64,000 nt of DNA from contig DATKWE010000114.1 in assembly GCA_035529735.1 (NCBI GenBank), positions 2,528-66,527 of the forward strand. Reading direction: 5' to 3'. The translations under genes were made by a program, and so were the position numbers. Below the pieces are notes generated by a model, which saw only the letters and a list, made by a program, of their open reading frames with translations, was not told the DNA's origin and ran no database searches. Position 1 is the first letter of the stretch. Each line of letters begins with the position of its first letter. Below are positions 58,919 to 64,000 of the stretch, in pieces. The DNA is from Desulfobacterales bacterium (GTDB lineage: Bacteria > Desulfobacterota > Desulfobacteria > Desulfobacterales > UBA11574).

Positions 58919-59626
58919 TCACGGCCGTTGATCGGGTTTGATCAGACGTGCTTTTTCAAAATCGTCAATCCATTTTTGGACGCGCGCTGTGCCGTACGCC
59001 TTCGCCCATGTGGCCACGATGTCATCCACGGGGATGTCTGCGTAAACCCCGTTATACTCCAGATATTCCATAAACTGTTTTTTATCCTGATTGTATTCAT
59101 GGAAAATGGCATCTTCACGGCCATTGAAGTCCAGGGGGGCCACATGATTTTTTTCGCACAATTCGAGGTTGAATGTCGGGGTTGCCTTGACCCATTTGCC
59201 GGCCAGATAAAATTCTGTAAATCCGTGATAGACAAACAGGTCAGAGCCGATGTATTCAAGAAGTTTGGGGGTGGCCAGATGATTGCGGACCGTGGCGAAT
59301 CCGACTCTGGACGGAATATTGCACGCCCTTCCAAGGGCGCAGAGGAGTCCGGCCTTGCTGATGCAAAATCCCCGGCCGCTTTTAATGATATTGCTGGCAC
59401 GATAATGCTCCGGAAGATAGAACGGGTAATAGGGATCGTACCAGATATCGTCCCGCACCGCGTAGTAGAGTTTTACAGCTTTATCCACAGGGTCGTTCCC
59501 TGCATCTTTTACGGCTTCATCGGCATATTCCACAACCGTCGCATGATCACTGTCGAGGATTGCCGTGGCCGAAAGATATTTTTCATCCATAGGATCCAAT
59601 TTGCCACTCCATTTAAACAATTCCAT
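58919..59626 (-). CDS. transglutaminase-like cysteine-protease-fold protein
   Basis: 235 aa with the GRGFCISKAGLLCALGRA motif typical of the transglutaminase core. Confidence 0.7.
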   Translation of the reverse strand: MELFKWSGKLDPMDEKYLSATAILDSDHATVVEYADEAVKDAGNDPVDKAVKLYYAVRDDIWYDPYYPFYLPEHYRASNIIKSGRGFCISKAGLLCALGRACNIPSRVGFATVRNHLATPKLLEYIGSDLFVYHGFTEFYLAGKWVKATPTFNLELCEKNHVAPLDFNGREDAIFHEYNQDKKQFMEYLEYNGVYADIPVDDIVATWAKAYGTARVQKWIDDFEKARLIKPDQRP

Positions 59627-59661
59627 ATAACGTCCGTCTGTAACGGACTCAAAAAAAACGC

Positions 59662-60561
59662 CTATACGGTCGATTTAACCCGATCCGGGGTAAATCTTTT
59701 GTTGGTCAGATAAACCCCCGAACAGACCAGTACGGTGCCGATGAACAGACTCAGGGTAATCGGTTCATCTAAAATAAAAAAAGCCAGTACCACCGCACAG
59801 ATCGGAACAAAATTAATAAAGAGGCTTGCCCGCATGGCCCCGATTTTTTTGATCCCTTCATAATACCAGACAAATCCGATGACGGTTCCGAAAAACCCGA
59901 GATAAAAAATACTCAACCAGGCCATGTTGGGATAGCTGTTGTAATCTTTGAACATCCCTTCGAAAAACGCGGGAAAAAACAACAAAACAGTGCCGATCAC
60001 CGAGGAATAGGTTACCGAAACCAGGGGGCTCAGACCGTTCATGACGGCTTTGCCGATCAAAGAATACGCCACCCAGCTTAACACACAGCAAAAAATAAAA
60101 ATTTCTCCCCACCCGATGCCGCCGTTTACAATCTCGTTCAGGCTCCCCTTTGAGATGACGATCACTGCACCGACCAGCGATATTATAATGCCGACACCTT
60201 TGACCGGGTTCAGTTTTTCTTTAAAAAAATATGCGGCAAAAAGTGTAATGAATATGGGGTTGCCTGCAATAATAATGGCCGCCCGCCCGGCATTGATGAG
60301 TTTGAGTCCTTTAAAAAAGAAGACATTGTATAAAAATACACCGGTCATGCCCAGAAGGAAAACGGGAATCATTTGCCGCTTCCCCGGCATGGGGACCTTA
60401 CCCTCGATCCTGTATGTAAACAGTACCAGGAAAATCGAGGCGATAAAGAACCTGAAAAAGGCCGCTGAAAACGGGCCCACATCTCCGGCAACCACGCGTC
60501 CGGCGATGAACGTACCCCCCCATAACAGTGCGGTTAATATGAGTTTTATATAAATCAGCAT
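59662..60561 (-). CDS. DMT-superfamily (EamA-type) transporter
   Basis: 299 aa with about 10 TM helices and two EamA-like halves. Confidence 0.8.
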   Translation of the reverse strand: MLIYIKLILTALLWGGTFIAGRVVAGDVGPFSAAFFRFFIASIFLVLFTYRIEGKVPMPGKRQMIPVFLLGMTGVFLYNVFFFKGLKLINAGRAAIIIAGNPIFITLFAAYFFKEKLNPVKGVGIIISLVGAVIVISKGSLNEIVNGGIGWGEIFIFCCVLSWVAYSLIGKAVMNGLSPLVSVTYSSVIGTVLLFFPAFFEGMFKDYNSYPNMAWLSIFYLGFFGTVIGFVWYYEGIKKIGAMRASLFINFVPICAVVLAFFILDEPITLSLFIGTVLVCSGVYLTNKRFTPDRVKSTV

Positions 60562-60585
60562 TTGAAAATATTCACTTTACATGAA

Positions 60586-62370
60586 TTACTCGGAATCCGG
60601 ATTGAGAAAATCCAGACTCAGCACCGCATCGATTTGCGCTCCCACAGGGTTCATCGATAGGGGCTGCAACCCTTCCACCTGTTGTTTTATTTCAGAAAAC
60701 GTTTTGCTCACAATTCTTCCGGATCCGGCAAACAAACGAACACATCCCTGAAAGACAAAGAAACTTAAAAACAGTGCGATGGCGATGGTCAGAAATGCGT
60801 GCAGAAAAAAATCGGAAGACAGATAATGCCCGGCAAAGTAATCCCGTGCGGTGGTCCAGCCCACATGAGCGAGTATGGCGATGACCGGCAGGTTGAAAAC
60901 CATCTGGAATATAAACCCGCTAAGGGTCTTGGAAGTCTTTTCCAGGGTATTGTCCAGGCAACGGTTCCAGAGGGCGGTCAGATCCCCGTCCAATGTGTTA
61001 TTGTCCGAAAGCGCATTTTTCATATGACGCACCGATGGGTTGAACCGGGCCTTGACCAGGGATTCGGCAACATCCGGCCACTCCTGCAAAATGGTCATCC
61101 TGTAACCGCGCATGGCGGCATCTACGCCATCGCTTTTGCCGGTCTCGGCCACCGCCGCCCGGGATTCCTTAAAATGCAGCAAAGAAGACACCATGCCCGT
61201 CAGCTGACGAATCGGGTTTCCGAATCTCAACATGGCCACCATACCGGTGCCAAAAATCATAATGCGCGCCCATAGGGCGATGAGCCATCCCACCGGCCCC
61301 AGCCAACGTTGTGCAAGTTTTTGATACAACAGGACATTTATGCCGAAAAACTGACCGGCGTTGTTGTCTTTGATTGCAAAAAGCGCATCCGCCAATGCCT
61401 TTTTTTCGGCGGACTGAATGCGCGTTTTTGCGTCTTCCAGCCCCTCGACATTTTTTTCGACTTCAGTTTCCGTCTCTTGAAAAACATAATCTCGCAAACT
61501 TCGGGCATTTTCGATCCGCCGGTCCACCACGTATCCAGGGCGATTGAAGGTACCGAAAATCATCTGCTGCAGGTCCTTAAATTGATCAAAGTCGTGCTTC
61601 GGACGCACCGCGGGGTCCCACTCGGGATTGCGCAAATGGCGGCGGGCGGAAATGCACAAGAGGGTTTGAACCGGTCTTTCCCAGGCGGCATTGATGAACG
61701 TTTTGAACTCCGGTACGATTTTTTCTTTGAGTTCGCCTTCATCCTGACGATCGCACTTGTTGATCACCACCACCAGAGAATCCCCGCCAAACAGGCGGAC
61801 ATAAGAAGCCAGAAAATCTATGTGATCTCTTCTTTTGGGATTTTCAGAATCGAAAACACAGATGAGTATGTCTGAAAGCGCGATGGCTTTTTGCACCACC
61901 GGGATGTGCGTTTCCTGTTCACTGCTGTCCGTATCCGGAGTGTCGATCAGTAATACATGGTCCAGCGTTTTTGCGGCTTGACTCGATCGAAACACGACAT
62001 TCTCCAGGCCGAGCTGCTCGCTCAACGGGTCGGCGTCTTCCTTTGCCTGGCTCAAAACAACGACGTTCCGGGTGGTGGGCCGATGATGCCCCACTTTGGA
62101 CAGACCGTCGACTTCAGCCAGTGCATTCAGCAGCGTCGACTTGCCGGATCCGCACGGACCGATGAGGGTCACCATGAGCTTGCGCTCGAACCGTTCTTCG
62201 AGATCACCCATCATGCGGAGGACTTCGCTGCACTGCTTTTTCAGCCCTGCCGCCGGCTGCCATAGGGGCGCCCGGTCAATGGCTTGGTGAAGCATGTGAA
62301 CGTCATTTTTGAAACCCTCGATCCTGCCGAGGGCCTTGATTGATTCTGTTTTTTGGTTTGAAATCATCAT
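60586..62370 (-). CDS. membrane-associated P-loop GTPase (dynamin-like / YfjP-type)
   Basis: G1 GPCGSGKST, G3 DTPD, G4 NKCD, with hydrophobic hairpins in the C-terminal half. The ATG at 62370 overlaps the upstream stop (ATGA); the ORF is open from 62526. Confidence 0.6.
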   Translation of the reverse strand: MMISNQKTESIKALGRIEGFKNDVHMLHQAIDRAPLWQPAAGLKKQCSEVLRMMGDLEERFERKLMVTLIGPCGSGKSTLLNALAEVDGLSKVGHHRPTTRNVVVLSQAKEDADPLSEQLGLENVVFRSSQAAKTLDHVLLIDTPDTDSSEQETHIPVVQKAIALSDILICVFDSENPKRRDHIDFLASYVRLFGGDSLVVVINKCDRQDEGELKEKIVPEFKTFINAAWERPVQTLLCISARRHLRNPEWDPAVRPKHDFDQFKDLQQMIFGTFNRPGYVVDRRIENARSLRDYVFQETETEVEKNVEGLEDAKTRIQSAEKKALADALFAIKDNNAGQFFGINVLLYQKLAQRWLGPVGWLIALWARIMIFGTGMVAMLRFGNPIRQLTGMVSSLLHFKESRAAVAETGKSDGVDAAMRGYRMTILQEWPDVAESLVKARFNPSVRHMKNALSDNNTLDGDLTALWNRCLDNTLEKTSKTLSGFIFQMVFNLPVIAILAHVGWTTARDYFAGHYLSSDFFLHAFLTIAIALFLSFFVFQGCVRLFAGSGRIVSKTFSEIKQQVEGLQPLSMNPVGAQIDAVLSLDFLNPDSE

Positions 62371-64000
62371 GATACCATCGCTTTTTCGCACGTCTCGATG
62401 CGGGTTTCGATCCCATGGATCAGCGGGTTTGAGGCGTCCAGCGTATCTGTTGCAGCCCGTATGATTCCGCCGGTGACCTCCTGTTCGAAAAGATCCTGTA
62501 CCGCTTTGAGCTTGTCGTTCAACCACGTTTTCACAATGGGGCCGAGCATCTCTTCAAGCTGCTTCTGATCGGCTTTTTTAAGCCCCGTGGTGGCGGGTAT
62601 CGCAACCAGTGCATACAGATCATGCAGCCCGAACAGGCCGGTCAGCTTGACCTTGATTCCCACGGCCCCCACGGGATCTCCGGTTGAAATGATATACGTA
62701 ACAGCCGCGGTGGCCGGAACAACATTCAAAAATGCGGCGAACATCTGCCGAATCTTGGTCCACATGCCCATTTTGCTTCGGTAACCGCCGGCCAGATCTT
62801 TCAACGTCATTTCGATGCCATGGGACAGCTCCACAATCACATCCCGGCGTGAAAGAATGGACTCGAGCACCGATTTCCAATCCATGCTCCGCAATTTTTC
62901 CTGCGCCTGAAACACAACCGGATGGGCGGAAACAAAGAAGGTCAGGGTCCCTTTTTCTTCGCCGGGCTCTGTATAAGGTCTTTCGGTGTTTTTCAGCACC
63001 TCGCCGGCTCTGATCTGTTCAAGGGTTTCAAGCATTCGCCGGGTGACCGGATCCTTCAGGGGCGCGTCGACGGATATGTCTGAATGGACCGCCGTGGAAT
63101 GGATGCTGTTTACGGCTTTGAGAAGATCTTCTTCCACCCGGTCGACAAAATCAGCGGGCGGTGCTGTTTTTTCAGTGTCGGAAAAAATCTGTTTTACCTT
63201 TTTTGCCGTGTCCACCAGTATTTTAAACGGGCGTTCGATAAGGCTGCCCGTTTTGCGCATGGCCTTGACATAGGGGGGGTCCGTTTCCATCCATATCTCG
63301 ACAAACCGCTTCATCACCCGATCCATGGGAAAATGCCGCAGCGCTTCTTGAACACAATGACTCTGGGCGGTCTGCAGCGTATCGAGATAAAAGCGCAGTT
63401 CATGGTTGGAAATTTTTGCATGTTCAAGGATTTCGGCGGCCTGGATCAACACATCTTTCAAAATAGAGGACAGCAATTCGAGTCTAATGGTGCCGGAATC
63501 GACGGCTGTAAGGGCCTCCATAAACGACGGATCTTTTTCATCGATGGACCGCAACGTCATGAATTTTTGGCCGGCCGCCACGGCATTATCCTCATCCGTA
63601 CGATAAATACCCAGCACATGACGATCGGCGTCGGCGCCGTATAAGTTGCCGGCAACGGTCATAGCGTGCCCTCGAACCTCTTCGTCCGAAAAGCTGGGAT
63701 AAACACGATAAATCAAAAAGCATTTCCGAATGCCGATGCCGGTGAGCATCTGGGCGATGAAATCGGTGTTCTCGCGATTGTTGTAGTTGGAATTGGTAAA
63801 AACATATATCAGAATATCGGATGCTTCCAGGGCTTGCCGGGTAACATCCCGATTGATGTATACGCCTTTGGCACCGGTATCAAAGTCCGGTGTGTCCATG
63901 AGAACCAGATTCCTGGGAACCGCATCGTTCAATACATAGAGCGGAGGACCCGACAGGGTGAGGTCCTGCTGGTTTTCAAGTCGGACGGGCCGATGCCCGA
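62367..64000 (-). CDS. second GTPase-like / dynamin-like protein, 5' end outside the window
   Basis: The frame is open to position 64000, reading ...LVLMDTPDFD (G3-like), so the P-loop must lie beyond the edge. A hydrophobic segment sits near the C-terminus. Confidence 0.5.
   Translation of the reverse strand, partial: GHRPVRLENQQDLTLSGPPLYVLNDAVPRNLVLMDTPDFDTGAKGVYINRDVTRQALEASDILIYVFTNSNYNNRENTDFIAQMLTGIGIRKCFLIYRVYPSFSDEEVRGHAMTVAGNLYGADADRHVLGIYRTDEDNAVAAGQKFMTLRSIDEKDPSFMEALTAVDSGTIRLELLSSILKDVLIQAAEILEHAKISNHELRFYLDTLQTAQSHCVQEALRHFPMDRVMKRFVEIWMETDPPYVKAMRKTGSLIERPFKILVDTAKKVKQIFSDTEKTAPPADFVDRVEEDLLKAVNSIHSTAVHSDISVDAPLKDPVTRRMLETLEQIRAGEVLKNTERPYTEPGEEKGTLTFFVSAHPVVFQAQEKLRSMDWKSVLESILSRRDVIVELSHGIEMTLKDLAGGYRSKMGMWTKIRQMFAAFLNVVPATAAVTYIISTGDPVGAVGIKVKLTGLFGLHDLYALVAIPATTGLKKADQKQLEEMLGPIVKTWLNDKLKAVQDLFEQEVTGGIIRAATDTLDASNPLIHGIETRIETCEKAMVS

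Noticed and set aside
58664-59713. 349-aa + strand ORF
   Set aside because: It lies antisense to the well-supported transglutaminase-like and trmO genes and has no recognisable motifs. It is a typical shadow ORF. The same applies to 39428-40042 (-), 17109-17699 (-), 11387-12004 (-), 12422-13138 (-), 13263-13940 (-), 49608-50258 (+) and similar ORFs.
1-64000. Search for CRISPR arrays, rRNA genes, intact IS elements or transposases, and toxin-antitoxin or known defence gene pairs
   Set aside because: None found. The only regularly spaced repeats are the heptamer arrays and the 2 x 100-bp tandem repeat. No transposase-like ORF is present, and the only recombinase signal is the 57-codon stump.

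Overview
This window looks like a chromosomal segment from an anaerobic, selenocysteine-using bacterium. Gene content suggests a Desulfobacterales-type sulfate reducer; that is inference only.

The left half (1-22.9 kb) is conserved housekeeping sequence: infC-rpmI-rplT-pheST, tRNA-Gly(CCC), and rimP-nusA-infB-DUF503-rbfA-nrnA-truB-rpsO-pnp-M16 peptidase-dut.

A short AT-rich patch (22.9-24.3 kb) carries a YkgJ-like ORF and the C-terminal stump of an integron-type tyrosine recombinase.

The most unusual coding region is a six-gene minus-strand cluster (25.3-34.2 kb). It combines a membrane HdrE/HdrC-like fusion, HdrB, NuoE/NuoF-like (Bfu-type) subunits and a 1081-aa NuoG-like/HdrA fusion. The first HdrA module appears split in two. 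Its N-terminal piece carries an in-frame UGA followed by a SECIS-like hairpin, so it is probably a selenoprotein that ORF callers break apart. selA lies 5 kb away.

The most interesting non-coding signal is upstream of iorAB-paaK-livGF-SBP-livHM. There a sigma70-like promoter, a mini-ORF (MKFELWCWWWHRL), alternative hairpins and a strong intrinsic terminator together look like a tryptophan-sensing attenuator.

Other observations:
- a 2 x 100-bp tandem repeat with a possible empty-site paralog
- heptanucleotide repeat arrays
- a structured non-coding region of about 500 nt between the tRNA and rimP
- a non-AUG infC start
- an L20-leader-like structure
- a translationally coupled pair of membrane GTPases that runs off the right edge of the window

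No CRISPR array, rRNA or intact mobile element was seen.
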